Source: a virus. From it: a stretch of 64,000 bases of DNA. The stretch is taken from the IMG/VR virus record IMGVR_UViG_3300032083_003901, positions 9,891 to 73,890 of that record. One strand, 5' to 3'. Shown piece after piece: positions 31,738 through 40,811 of this stretch. Below the pieces are notes generated by a model. That model was not told where the DNA came from, searched no databases, and saw nothing but the letters and a program-made list of their open reading frames with translations. Both the position numbers and the translations under genes were made by a program. The first letter of the stretch is position 1. Each line of letters starts with the position of its first letter.

Positions 31738-32278
31738 TAATCCTGAATTTGTGATTTATACTGGCCCTATGTTTGGTGGCAAGACTTCTAGAATGTTAGC
31801 TGCCTTAGATAGAGCAAAATATCAATCTAAGAACATTGCTGCATTCAAACCTAAAATGGATCATCGATATGCAGATGAAAGCATCGTGACCCATACTGGT
31901 CATTCATGCGAAGCAATATGCATTTCTGATGGCAGTGAAATATTTGACTATGCAAAGAAAGCAGATATCATTGCTGTTGATGAAGCTTTCATGATTGATG
32001 GAATAGCAAATGCCTTAGTTCAGTTGTTTCGAAATGGAAAGACTATTTATGTTTCAACGATTCAACTGTCTGCCCATGGTCTCTTTTTTGATGAAGTGCA
32101 ATCCATGATACCGTGGGCAACAAAAGTTGAAGTTTGTCCTGCAGTGTGTTCGCAGTGTGAAAATGATGCTTTTTACACGGTGGCTAAGGTTTCTGGTCTA
32201 AGCCATATTGAGGTTGGAGGGGCTGAAACATACGAGCCTCGGTGTCACGAGCACACGCCATTTCTTAAGACAGAGTAA
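31730..32278 (+). CDS. tdk: Thymidine kinase
   Basis: GPMFGGKT, VDEAF, CSQC, VGGAETYEPRC. Confidence 0.9.
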   Translation: MPNNPEFVIYTGPMFGGKTSRMLAALDRAKYQSKNIAAFKPKMDHRYADESIVTHTGHSCEAICISDGSEIFDYAKKADIIAVDEAFMIDGIANALVQLFRNGKTIYVSTIQLSAHGLFFDEVQSMIPWATKVEVCPAVCSQCENDAFYTVAKVSGLSHIEVGGAETYEPRCHEHTPFLKTE

Positions 32279-32281
32279 AAC

Positions 32282-33136
32282 ATGAAGTTTGATCCGGCAA
32301 AAATTGACTGCGTCATATACCATGCAAACTGCAGCGATGGATTCGGTGCTGCTTGGTCTGCTTGGAAGTTACTAGGCAACAAGGCTGAATATTATGCAGC
32401 CACGCATGGCGATCCGCCGCCTGATGTATCAGGCAAACATGTTGCTATTCTAGATTTTTCGTATTCTAGAGAAGTAGTCTTGGATATGATAGAAAAAGCA
32501 GCTAGCTTAGTGATTATCGATCACCACAAATCTGCAATGGTTGCTTTGCATGATATCCCCAATGCTTATTTTGACATGAATCACAGTGGAGCTATGTTAG
32601 CCTGGAATCACTTCCATCCAGGCAAAGAACCGCCTAGATTCATCAAATACATTGAGGATCGCGATCTGTGGAAATGGGAGCAGCCTTACTCAAAGGAGTT
32701 TTCTGCAGCATTCGATATGGTTCCTTTTGATTTCGAAGCTTTTACTGAATTTGAAGACGATTCTGCATTTGATGATGCTTGCAAGCGAGGGTCTTACATT
32801 CTGGCTTATTCGAAGACTGTTGTCAAAAAAGTATCTGATCAAGCCACCATGAGAACTTGGCAAGGCAAGAAAATTTACATTGTCAATTCTTCGCACTGGA
32901 TGAGCGAAATTGGTGCTAGATTATCGCCAGATTGTGATTTTGTGATAATTTGGTACTTCGATCACGATAGAAGAGAAACTAGAGTTTCTTTGCGTTCTTT
33001 TCATGACGAGGTTGATGTTAGTGAGATTGCAAAACAGTTCGGCGGCGGCGGGCACAAAAAAGCAGCTGGCTTTAGCCTAACTGCTGAACACGATATTGAC
33101 ATAATCTTTGCAAACGAGGATGAAAGTGCACAATAG
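32282..33136 (+). CDS. DHH/DHHA1 phosphoesterase
   Basis: YHANCSDG, LDFS, IDHH, DRDLW, SLRS, GGGGHKKAAG. Confidence 0.9.
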   Translation: MKFDPAKIDCVIYHANCSDGFGAAWSAWKLLGNKAEYYAATHGDPPPDVSGKHVAILDFSYSREVVLDMIEKAASLVIIDHHKSAMVALHDIPNAYFDMNHSGAMLAWNHFHPGKEPPRFIKYIEDRDLWKWEQPYSKEFSAAFDMVPFDFEAFTEFEDDSAFDDACKRGSYILAYSKTVVKKVSDQATMRTWQGKKIYIVNSSHWMSEIGARLSPDCDFVIIWYFDHDRRETRVSLRSFHDEVDVSEIAKQFGGGGHKKAAGFSLTAEHDIDIIFANEDESAQ

Positions 33137-33554
33137 ACCTTCGTGGGATCATATCTGGATGAAATTTGCAAAATCAATCTCTGAAAGAAGCATTGATCCT
33201 AGGTTTAAAGTTGGCGCTGTTGTGGTCTCAAAAGACAACACGCAAGTTTTGGCAATGGGCTACAATGGCGATCAAGCTGGTGGCAGTAACGAGGTTGAAT
33301 CTCTGGAGCCGGGGCAGAGCGGTTGCATCCACGCTGAAATTAATGCCTTGATCAAGTTAGATTACAACAATCCCAAGCCTAAAAAGATGTACGTCACCCT
33401 GTCTCCTTGCAAGATGTGTGCAAAAGCCATAGTCAATTCCGGCATTGAAGAGATCATCTATCTCGAGGAGTATAGAGACAAAACAGGCGTTGAAATTTTA
33501 GGAAAAGCTGATCGTGAAGTGCGACAGCACGCAGAGGTGCCAATTTCTAGCTAA
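33120..33554 (+). CDS. dCMP deaminase
   Basis: RPSWD, VGAVVV, GYNG, HAEINA, SPCKMC. Confidence 0.92.
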   Translation: MKVHNRPSWDHIWMKFAKSISERSIDPRFKVGAVVVSKDNTQVLAMGYNGDQAGGSNEVESLEPGQSGCIHAEINALIKLDYNNPKPKKMYVTLSPCKMCAKAIVNSGIEEIIYLEEYRDKTGVEILGKADREVRQHAEVPISS

Positions 33555-33578
33555 TTTTTTTCTGTTATCTAAATTTTT

Positions 33579-33588
33579 GTGATATTTA
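33579..33588 (+). promoter_or_regulatory. Putative late promoter GTGATATTTA
   Basis: One of six exact copies located just upstream of genes. Confidence 0.7.
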
Positions 33589-33610
33589 GTGTAGAGTTTT
33601 AGGAGTTATT

Positions 33611-34984
33611 ATGAGCCAGAATTTAGATGAGCAGTTCTATCGAATATTGCAGAAATGCGCAACGCATCCAGAATTTGCTAATGCATCGTTAGAAGAAGGC
33701 TCAATCAAACACTTGATTGTAGAAGAGATTGACAAGGCTGATATTGAATCTGTTAAAAAAGTAGCTGATACTGCCAAAAACTCCTTGAAAAAGCTAAGAT
33801 CTTATATGGATCAGCTGCAGTTACAAACTGAACTCCAACCTTTGTACGATTACACAACGGCTTTAGAGGGAGCACTCGATAAAACTTCAAAAGAACTAGC
33901 AAATGTCAGTTTTGATTCGGGCGTTCTGTCTGGGTTCTTTGGCAAAAAGCTAACACTGCCACAAATTACGTCAGCTGCTATTAAGCTAAACACTAAGGCC
34001 GTCGATTTTGGCAGGGGTTTTCTAAACTCCATGGAAAAAATCAGAAAAGACCTAGCGCCAATCCTGAAAGATGCAGATCCGGAGCAAACCCTGGCTGACG
34101 CAGTTGGCGCAGATCCGACAGTCGATTTGAAAAAAGTTTCTAAGGGCCTTGAAGACGAGCTTACAAAAAGCTTTGGCGGAACTCTGTTCAAAAAGGTCAA
34201 GGGATTTTTTTCACAAGCCCTAACGGGAAAAGAAGCAAAGATCATGTCTTCTGATCCTATGCTAAATGCTGATATGAAAGCATTGGCAAAAACTACGGCC
34301 GATGCATTGGTCAATGCCAAGATTGAAAATCTTTTAGGAAATGCTCCACCAAAACCGCCGCCTGAAGAAACAATTACCGATCTTGAAGATGAAATGAAAG
34401 ATGTTGCATCTGACGACGATGCCAAAGCCCCGGAAGCAGAAAAATCTGAGAGCGAACCTGAAGCAGCGGCAACTGAAGAGGAAGCAGCAGAATCTCAGAA
34501 AGAAGCTGGAAGTGAATTGGAAAATGCTGTGAAAGATGCTGTATCTGATTCGGAGTCTCCCAAAGATGCAGCTTTTGATGCGCTGACAAACTGGGTCAAC
34601 AGCCTGTCTCCAACTAGTCAAAAATCACTTCAAACTAAAAACAGAATCGGCGACCTTAAAGACATGATCGGCATGGCATTAGACGATTCAGCTAAGGCAA
34701 TCGAGGGTGAAGTTTCTGCAGCAATTCAAGCTTGGAGAGATGACCACGAAGAGACTTTGATCAGATCAAAAAGATTTGCCAAGAATAATTTTGACTCTTT
34801 AGAAAAATTGATTCCTCAGCTAGCAAGTGTAATGATGAAAAAAGCGGCAGAATCTAGAAAAGATCTGAGTCGATCACACGTTAGACGTTTCGTGTTCTCA
34901 TATTTGGATCGCTACGTGCAAAATCGACTCGATGAGCAAAACATGAGCCGTTGGCAAAGAATGGCAGGACTACTAAATGACTGA
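33611..34984 (+). CDS. Hypothetical acidic protein (probable virion/internal)
   Basis: 457 aa; AGGAG RBS; follows the late motif. Confidence 0.65.
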   Translation: MSQNLDEQFYRILQKCATHPEFANASLEEGSIKHLIVEEIDKADIESVKKVADTAKNSLKKLRSYMDQLQLQTELQPLYDYTTALEGALDKTSKELANVSFDSGVLSGFFGKKLTLPQITSAAIKLNTKAVDFGRGFLNSMEKIRKDLAPILKDADPEQTLADAVGADPTVDLKKVSKGLEDELTKSFGGTLFKKVKGFFSQALTGKEAKIMSSDPMLNADMKALAKTTADALVNAKIENLLGNAPPKPPPEETITDLEDEMKDVASDDDAKAPEAEKSESEPEAAATEEEAAESQKEAGSELENAVKDAVSDSESPKDAAFDALTNWVNSLSPTSQKSLQTKNRIGDLKDMIGMALDDSAKAIEGEVSAAIQAWRDDHEETLIRSKRFAKNNFDSLEKLIPQLASVMMKKAAESRKDLSRSHVRRFVFSYLDRYVQNRLDEQNMSRWQRMAGLLND

Positions 34985-35324
34985 AACTGATATCAAAGAC
35001 AAACGTGGAAATATCATCATTTCTCCCGGACTAAAGGTGAGACACAAAGATTCCCAGTACGAGTACACTGTTGACCAGGTGCTGCAGGAGCCTGACGGAA
35101 AAGTCACGGTCATGCTTGCTTCTCCCGAAGAGCCTAGGTTTGATCCGGCTGCCGAGGATGGAGTCTTGTCAGATCGCAAAAAGAAAAGCAGCGTTCTATA
35201 CGAAGCTGATCCTGTTTCTAGCCTAGACGACTTGTTTTACCTGCCAGCCGAAGACGACGAACAGGAAGACGACTTGCTAGCGGTGCCAGCCGATGAATTT
35301 GAAAAGGAGTACGAGGTCAAATGA
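34977..35324 (+). CDS. Hypothetical protein
   Basis: 115 aa coupled ORF. Confidence 0.6.
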   Translation: MTETDIKDKRGNIIISPGLKVRHKDSQYEYTVDQVLQEPDGKVTVMLASPEEPRFDPAAEDGVLSDRKKKSSVLYEADPVSSLDDLFYLPAEDDEQEDDLLAVPADEFEKEYEVK

Positions 35325-36007
35325 GAGATAACTTAAAAAATGAAGTGCTTGAAGCAATCGACAGCGTGCTTCCTAAGAAGCAGAGAATCAATGAGGCTTA
35401 CGTTGTCGAGCCAAAAAAATTCACGCTTAGTACGGAAAAATTGAGTCCCAAAGTCAAAGCGGCTCGAATCAAGCACTTTGAGGACACAGTTGCCACTTTG
35501 AACAAGATTAGCGCTGAACTCGAAGGAGCCAACCCGGAAAATGCAAATAAAGTCGGCAGCTCATTCAGAAATCAAAAGATTGCTGAGGCTTATGCAATCA
35601 ACGATGCGTTTTTGCAAGGACAGTTTTTAGACAATATCAGCGATCTCAATAGCCAAATCAACATGGACATGCTTTGCTACATGCGTCTGAATAGAGATTT
35701 TGGCACGTTTGATGATTGGCAAAAAGATTTCATAGGCTGTGCAAAAAGTGCGCGCGATGGCTACGCAGTCACTGCTTACAGCATTTATCTAAAACGATAC
35801 ATTAACTTGGTTGTCGATACGGCCGATGCTGGCGTACCTTTTTCGGCAGTGCCTGTTATTGTTTTAGACGTCAGTGAAGGCTGTTATTACCGAGATTACG
35901 TCGACAATTTAGAAGGTTACGTTGTCAACATGATGCGCGAGTTCAACTGGAATGTCATTGAAAAACGCTTTAAAAAGTGCGAGAAAATTGCGAGGATCTC
36001 AGAATGA
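35321..36007 (+). CDS. Fe/Mn superoxide dismutase-fold protein with degenerate metal ligands
   Basis: RDFGTFDDWQKDF..PVIVLDVSEGCYYRDY..FNWNVIEKRF matches the SOD C-domain; DVWEH changed to DVSEG. Confidence 0.75.
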   Translation: MRDNLKNEVLEAIDSVLPKKQRINEAYVVEPKKFTLSTEKLSPKVKAARIKHFEDTVATLNKISAELEGANPENANKVGSSFRNQKIAEAYAINDAFLQGQFLDNISDLNSQINMDMLCYMRLNRDFGTFDDWQKDFIGCAKSARDGYAVTAYSIYLKRYINLVVDTADAGVPFSAVPVIVLDVSEGCYYRDYVDNLEGYVVNMMREFNWNVIEKRFKKCEKIARISE

Positions 36008-36603
36008 AAAACCGTGTTAGATACTCTTTGAAAGAAACTTCGTACCGTCATCTCTTTGAGCAAGAAGAGGAAGAAGCAGCTGCTGGTGAAGACGCAGCTG
36101 AAGAAGAAATTTTTGGCGATGAAGAAGATGCTGAGGAAGCTGAAGGCGAAGGTGAGGCCGAAGACGAAACTGAGGCTGAGCAAGAAGAAGAAAAGATCGA
36201 AGTAAGCTCAGCAGAACAGTACGAGCTTAGCGACTCCATAGATCAAGAGCTTGAAGCTCTTCTAATTGATTTTGAAGAAGAAGCCAGAAAATCAGCCGTT
36301 GTAAACGAACCAGAAGAACTGGCAGAGAATAGGAGACTTCACGAAGCCGCAGCGGAAGACATTGACCTGAGAAGCTTCGCAGCTGACGTTGCTCGCTTGG
36401 TTAAAAACTATCAAAACTTGATCGATTGGGAGTCTGTGATCCTAAACAAAACTGAGTCTTTCATCAACAATCACTACGGTGAGGACACTGTCCGTGTTCT
36501 ATTTGACATATTAGATGAAGAGTATGGAATCGCAAGAGAAGCCAAAGAAGAAATCCCAGAAGCGCCGATCGCGGTCGGAGCAAGAGGTGAAGGCGGAGGC
36601 TAG
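36004..36603 (+). CDS. Hypothetical highly acidic protein
   Basis: Glu-rich ORF with LFEQ and LAE motifs. Confidence 0.6.
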   Translation: MKNRVRYSLKETSYRHLFEQEEEEAAAGEDAAEEEIFGDEEDAEEAEGEGEAEDETEAEQEEEKIEVSSAEQYELSDSIDQELEALLIDFEEEARKSAVVNEPEELAENRRLHEAAAEDIDLRSFAADVARLVKNYQNLIDWESVILNKTESFINNHYGEDTVRVLFDILDEEYGIAREAKEEIPEAPIAVGARGEGGG

Positions 36604-36886
36604 AGTCAAAGCTCTCCTTAACGCCAATCGTAAAAAATCAGTCCACATTTCTCTTTTTGCTAAAACGCACGTTGATTTTAAAAAAGCTGTTGTTGACAAA
36701 GGCCTTTCTATGCAAGAAGTATTCGAGCACTTTGCTGCCCTTTTTGCAGAAGGCCACCCAGCTATTTCTAAAATCATCGATGATTACTGCGTGGCAAAAA
36801 GAGAGAACTTAGTCAAACAATTAGAAGAAAAGTACACCGAGAATCTTTACGATGCAATCGGTGAAGACAATCCGTTCGGAGATTAA
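36587..36886 (+). CDS. Ribbon-helix-helix-like DNA-binding protein (start uncertain)
   Basis: KKSVHISL..THVDFK..GLSMQEVFEHF strand-helix-helix pattern. Confidence 0.45.
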   Translation: MKAEARVKALLNANRKKSVHISLFAKTHVDFKKAVVDKGLSMQEVFEHFAALFAEGHPAISKIIDDYCVAKRENLVKQLEEKYTENLYDAIGEDNPFGD

Positions 36887-36887
36887 C

Positions 36888-37283
36888 ATGATAGTTTTTT
36901 GGGAAAAATTAAAGAGTGCTGTGAAAAAATATTGGCAGCTCTTTCTAGGCTTGGGTGCAGGACTCTTGCTGGCTGTGAGCATATGGTGGCGCGCCAGGTC
37001 TCAAAAAGATGTTTTGAACAATACTATAAAAGCACACAATGATATACTGAAAGCTGAAGAGCAGTTTCAAGACAAAGTTCGAGATGTGGAAGAGACGGCT
37101 GCCAAAGACCATAACGATAGAGTGGAAGACGTTAAAGAAGACCTGGAAACCAAAGAGGAAGAAATTCAAAAAGAATTTGAAGATCGGGTCGAAGATAACA
37201 AGAATGTTGACAATGAAGAACTGGCCAGAAGGCTTGCAGCTCGATTCGGTGCTTTTGCTGTAAACACTAAAAAGGAAGATTGA
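36888..37283 (+). CDS. Membrane-anchored coiled-coil protein (i-spanin-like)
   Basis: N-terminal TM (WQLFLGLGAGLLLAVSIWW) followed by a charged coiled coil. Confidence 0.45.
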   Translation: MIVFWEKLKSAVKKYWQLFLGLGAGLLLAVSIWWRARSQKDVLNNTIKAHNDILKAEEQFQDKVRDVEETAAKDHNDRVEDVKEDLETKEEEIQKEFEDRVEDNKNVDNEELARRLAARFGAFAVNTKKED

Positions 37284-37759
37284 TGAGAAATTTTGTTGTC
37301 ATTCTTACGCTGCTTTGTTTTGCAACAACTACAGTGCCTGCCATTTCATGGGCCGAGCCTCCGCGAGCATTTACCTACGATGCTGTGTCCCCACTAGATA
37401 AGGGCGATCGCGCCCCTTTTCAAGGCATCTTATTCAGCAAAGACTTAGCTGCGAAAATTGAAGCTGAGAGAAAGACGCTGATTACCCTCAAGCTGGCAGA
37501 AGCTAAAACGTCAGCTGCAGTGGAAATTGCACGCAGTGAAATGCAACTCAAACTAGATATTGCTAACGGCAAATATGCAGCCCTGCAAGAGAAGCACAAG
37601 AAGATTGTCGAAATCAACAAGGAACAAATCGATTTCTTGCGCAAGAACTACAGGCCAACTCCATGGTATGAGCATCCTGGATTCGTGGTTTCCATGGGTT
37701 TGTTGGCCGGCATCGGCTTGACAATTGGCGCAGCTCACATCGTAAAAACGATTAAGTAA
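37280..37759 (+). CDS. Signal-peptide protein with C-terminal TM (possible spanin partner)
   Basis: N-terminal hydrophobic leader, coiled coil, PWYEHPGFVVSMGLLAGIGLTIG. Confidence 0.45.
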   Translation: MMRNFVVILTLLCFATTTVPAISWAEPPRAFTYDAVSPLDKGDRAPFQGILFSKDLAAKIEAERKTLITLKLAEAKTSAAVEIARSEMQLKLDIANGKYAALQEKHKKIVEINKEQIDFLRKNYRPTPWYEHPGFVVSMGLLAGIGLTIGAAHIVKTIK

Positions 37760-37773
37760 CAATATTTATTGAC

Positions 37774-38904
37774 ATGAAGAAATCGAAACGATTGGTAGAG
37801 TCTAGCGCAGGTGGCCATATAGACGTAGCTTATGGAATTTACGATAGGCCCGGACCAGACATAACAAACGAAGTTTTGCCAGAATTTGATCCAATTGTTC
37901 CGAAAGAACAAGTGTCGACGCAACTTTCTACAGATCGTCCGCCAGTTGATGATCCAGAATATGTGCCCACTAGTCAGAGATCTTTTGAAATAGCAATGTC
38001 CACTTTGGCCTCTTACGTGCCAGAAGATCAAATTGAGAAACTTTATACATTAGTTCGTGACAAAATTGAATCAATGGTCGACGACGAAATGCTAAAATCT
38101 AGATACGCAGGAGCAGAAGTAATGGAATCAGTTAAAAAAAGAATCAGAAAAATGGTTTTAGAGCAGTTTAGAGATGAAGATCTAAAGCAAATGCAAGCTG
38201 ACTTTGAAGAGGAATTTGGTGACGGGGAAGAAGCCATGGCTGAACCGCCTGCTGCTGGAGAAGCTTCATTAGAGCAAATTGCTGCTGCAACTGGATTTGC
38301 AGGTCCATCAGGTGTCAAAAATTTCCTCTACCGTTTGCTTTCCAGAATGGCTAGGTTTGAAAGTGTTCCTGCTGACGAAGTTGATGCATTGATTGATTTT
38401 GCAGCTGGCGAATATGTTGACGTTCTCCAGCAAGCAGACTTAATTGATGAAGAAGATGCAGAATACATGGTGAAAAACAAGGATCACGTTACAGAGCTGC
38501 CTTCCTTCAGGTTTTTTGTCGCTAAAGCAATTGCCGAACCAGCCTTGAAAGAGCTGGAAAGATCTGGCAGAAAGAAAGCGACTGATTTTCTGAATAGATT
38601 GAAAATTTCTGATCGCACAATTAATACGTTGCTAAACCAACTTACCGGCAAAGTGCCTAGAAATGACGATCTAGTAGCTTCTAGAATTGATGATGACGTT
38701 GCAAAAGGAACTCTTACAGCTGCAGCCGGTGAAGATGCTAAGGAAAAAATTGCTTCAGGGTTTGAGGCAATGAAAAAGCTAGTCATGACTGGCGATGATT
38801 TTGTAGAGACGGCGCTGCAGAAATATTCAAAGCTTTCAAAAGCAAAATTAGTTGACATTGTCAAAAAAGCTGCTGCTGACCCATATGTTGCTGAGAAGAT
38901 GTAA
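37774..38904 (+). CDS. Hypothetical protein with HTH-like segment
   Basis: ATATTTA upstream; SLEQIAAATGFAGPSGVKNFL. Confidence 0.6.
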   Translation: MKKSKRLVESSAGGHIDVAYGIYDRPGPDITNEVLPEFDPIVPKEQVSTQLSTDRPPVDDPEYVPTSQRSFEIAMSTLASYVPEDQIEKLYTLVRDKIESMVDDEMLKSRYAGAEVMESVKKRIRKMVLEQFRDEDLKQMQADFEEEFGDGEEAMAEPPAAGEASLEQIAAATGFAGPSGVKNFLYRLLSRMARFESVPADEVDALIDFAAGEYVDVLQQADLIDEEDAEYMVKNKDHVTELPSFRFFVAKAIAEPALKELERSGRKKATDFLNRLKISDRTINTLLNQLTGKVPRNDDLVASRIDDDVAKGTLTAAAGEDAKEKIASGFEAMKKLVMTGDDFVETALQKYSKLSKAKLVDIVKKAAADPYVAEKM

Positions 38905-39296
38905 TGAATGTATCGCATGTAATGGAAAGCTATTTTCGGGAGCAAAAGCAACTGAAAAAAGTCGATCCTATTAGCAGGGCTGGGATTCTCAAAGAAAACC
39001 TTCCTGGAAGCGTGCCTATAGTTGTACCGAGCGAAAAAACTTGGGAACTTCTAGAAGACCCTGAGGCCCTACAAAGACTGTTTAAATTTGACAATGCGGT
39101 ATCATTAATTTACTTTCTAGAGGACGTGATTCAATTACAACAAGAAATGTCTCACCACGGCAGAATACTCATAGACAATTTACAAGTTTTGATTCAGATC
39201 AATACTAAGGTAATGGATCGAGTGACTGACTTAGATGTCGAATGGACTCGAAAGGTTGATGAGATCTACAATGAGACAAAATCCGTCAGAGTCTAG
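38904..39296 (+). CDS. Pterin-4a-carbinolamine dehydratase-fold protein, degenerate
   Basis: W..L.R.FKF...HHGRI...INTK..VTDLD..KVDEIY follows the PCD pattern, with HHP changed to HHG and TH to TK. Confidence 0.65.
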   Translation: MNVSHVMESYFREQKQLKKVDPISRAGILKENLPGSVPIVVPSEKTWELLEDPEALQRLFKFDNAVSLIYFLEDVIQLQQEMSHHGRILIDNLQVLIQINTKVMDRVTDLDVEWTRKVDEIYNETKSVRV

Positions 39297-39621
39297 TAGT
39301 TTTTTTGTAAGTGATTCAATTAAAGATCTGATAGATAGTAGCTCTTTAGAAGCAAAACCTAGTTCTCATCAACCAGAAATGCAAGATGAGATAATTTTGC
39401 AAATTCAAGGCATTTCTGATTCTCGATATCAACTAGCCGGATGGACTGATTCTTTTTTTATTGTCGAATCTCCCAAAAATCACTTGAACAGATTTGTAAA
39501 TCCAATTTCAAAACCAATATTAGCAACTTTTTTCGAAAGACAATACGATATTACACACACGCATGCCCACAAGAAAGATGGCATTTGGTACGTAACATTG
39601 TTCTTTCAATGTGATATTTAG
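39271..39621 (+). CDS. Hypothetical protein
   Basis: ORF fills the gap between neighbours. Confidence 0.4.
   Translation: MRQNPSESSSFFVSDSIKDLIDSSSLEAKPSSHQPEMQDEIILQIQGISDSRYQLAGWTDSFFIVESPKNHLNRFVNPISKPILATFFERQYDITHTHAHKKDGIWYVTLFFQCDI
39611..39620 (+). promoter_or_regulatory. Putative late promoter GTGATATTTA
   Basis: Exact copy 5 nt before ATG 39626. Confidence 0.7.
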
Positions 39622-39625
39622 TGAC

Positions 39626-39832
39626 ATGCAAGATCAAAACCAAAATCAACAAAATCAAGATACAACTGAAAATTACTTTGATAAGTTTGTGCAAGATCTA
39701 GCTCATAGAGAAGATCAGCACAGACAACATCAGCACGATCTTCAACGAGCTCATGACATGTGGGAAAAGCGACAAGAGCTTGACCGTAAATACAAAGAGC
39801 ATACTCAGCAACGAATTAGGTACGACAGATGA
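39626..39832 (+). CDS. Hypothetical Gln/His-rich protein
   Basis: ORF after the late motif. Confidence 0.55.
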   Translation: MQDQNQNQQNQDTTENYFDKFVQDLAHREDQHRQHQHDLQRAHDMWEKRQELDRKYKEHTQQRIRYDR

Positions 39833-40452
39833 AATTCTTTGATGAACTCGACAATATTATTACCATTGCAATCAATGAAGTGATGGATGATGAGCGCCAG
39901 CGTCAGCAGCGTCAATCTAAAGCAATTGATAAGCTTAATCTACGAGCTGGAGATGGCAATATTGAAGAGGTTGAGGAAGCCGAAGAAGAAGAAAAGGACG
40001 ACGAAGAGCCCAAGAAACTGAAAGGAAAACCTAGCAAAGAAAAGCCTGAAGATCAGCCAGAAGAAGCAGATCAGGACGAAGATGCAGAAACTCCCGGAAC
40101 TGCGACTTCCAAAAAGCTAAAAGATGTTTCGAAAAAACAAATCAAAGCTCCAAGTTTTAAGTCCATTGCAAATAACATCAACCTACTGCGCGGCGGAAAG
40201 TCAATCAAAGACCCAGAGGTGAGAAAAAACCTGCAAGACTATGTTGACAAACTATCAGTTGAAGAGCGCCGCCAAGTCCTTGTTTACCTAAATAGCTTGG
40301 CTCAAGTTATGGCAGGAGTCAAATCTGGAGAAGCAGCTTCCGATCCTGATCAAGCAGAAAGAGAAGTCAAGGCAAAGCCGCAAGCTGAACCTAAAAAAGC
40401 AAAAGCAAAATCTGCTCCTAAGTCTCGAGTTATTGTTGTTGGTGAAGAATGA
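39829..40452 (+). CDS. Hypothetical protein
   Basis: 207 aa, charged; INLLRGGKSIKD. Confidence 0.65.
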   Translation: MKFFDELDNIITIAINEVMDDERQRQQRQSKAIDKLNLRAGDGNIEEVEEAEEEEKDDEEPKKLKGKPSKEKPEDQPEEADQDEDAETPGTATSKKLKDVSKKQIKAPSFKSIANNINLLRGGKSIKDPEVRKNLQDYVDKLSVEERRQVLVYLNSLAQVMAGVKSGEAASDPDQAEREVKAKPQAEPKKAKAKSAPKSRVIVVGEE

Positions 40453-40802
40453 TAGATTCTGCGCCGTGTAACATTGATCTGATCATGCTGGTTGAAGCAA
40501 GCAAGCGTGGTCAGCACTTGACAATGACCGGAGATTTCGTGAACTGTAACAGTTACGAATGCGCAGAAGATCTAAGAAATAGAATTCATGATGCAGTGCA
40601 TACTCGTGACCTTTCTAGCACTAGGTCTGATGAACGCACCTATTACAACGGAGTCCTCAGGGTTCTTAGGCGCCGATTGAGAGAAGTAGAAAAAGAGCTA
40701 AGAAAAAAAGAAGAGAATTTGAACGAATCCAAGAGCCAAAGAAAAAGGCTGACTGGCATGTCAAATTCCTCTCGGATGCTCAAGATGGCTGGCAAATTCT
40801 AG
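40449..40802 (+). CDS. Hypothetical protein
   Basis: 117 aa coupled ORF. Confidence 0.6.
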   Translation: MIDSAPCNIDLIMLVEASKRGQHLTMTGDFVNCNSYECAEDLRNRIHDAVHTRDLSSTRSDERTYYNGVLRVLRRRLREVEKELRKKEENLNESKSQRKRLTGMSNSSRMLKMAGKF

Positions 40803-40811
40803 GAGAACAAA

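Noticed and set aside
33850-34621. Long minus-strand ORFs (also 14501-15007, 20674-21225, 45286-45816)
   Set aside because: Antisense shadows of well-supported + strand genes, with no motifs or RBS
36055-36200. GAA/GCT-rich low-complexity tract as a DNA repeat element
   Set aside because: Explained by a Glu/Ala-rich coding linker
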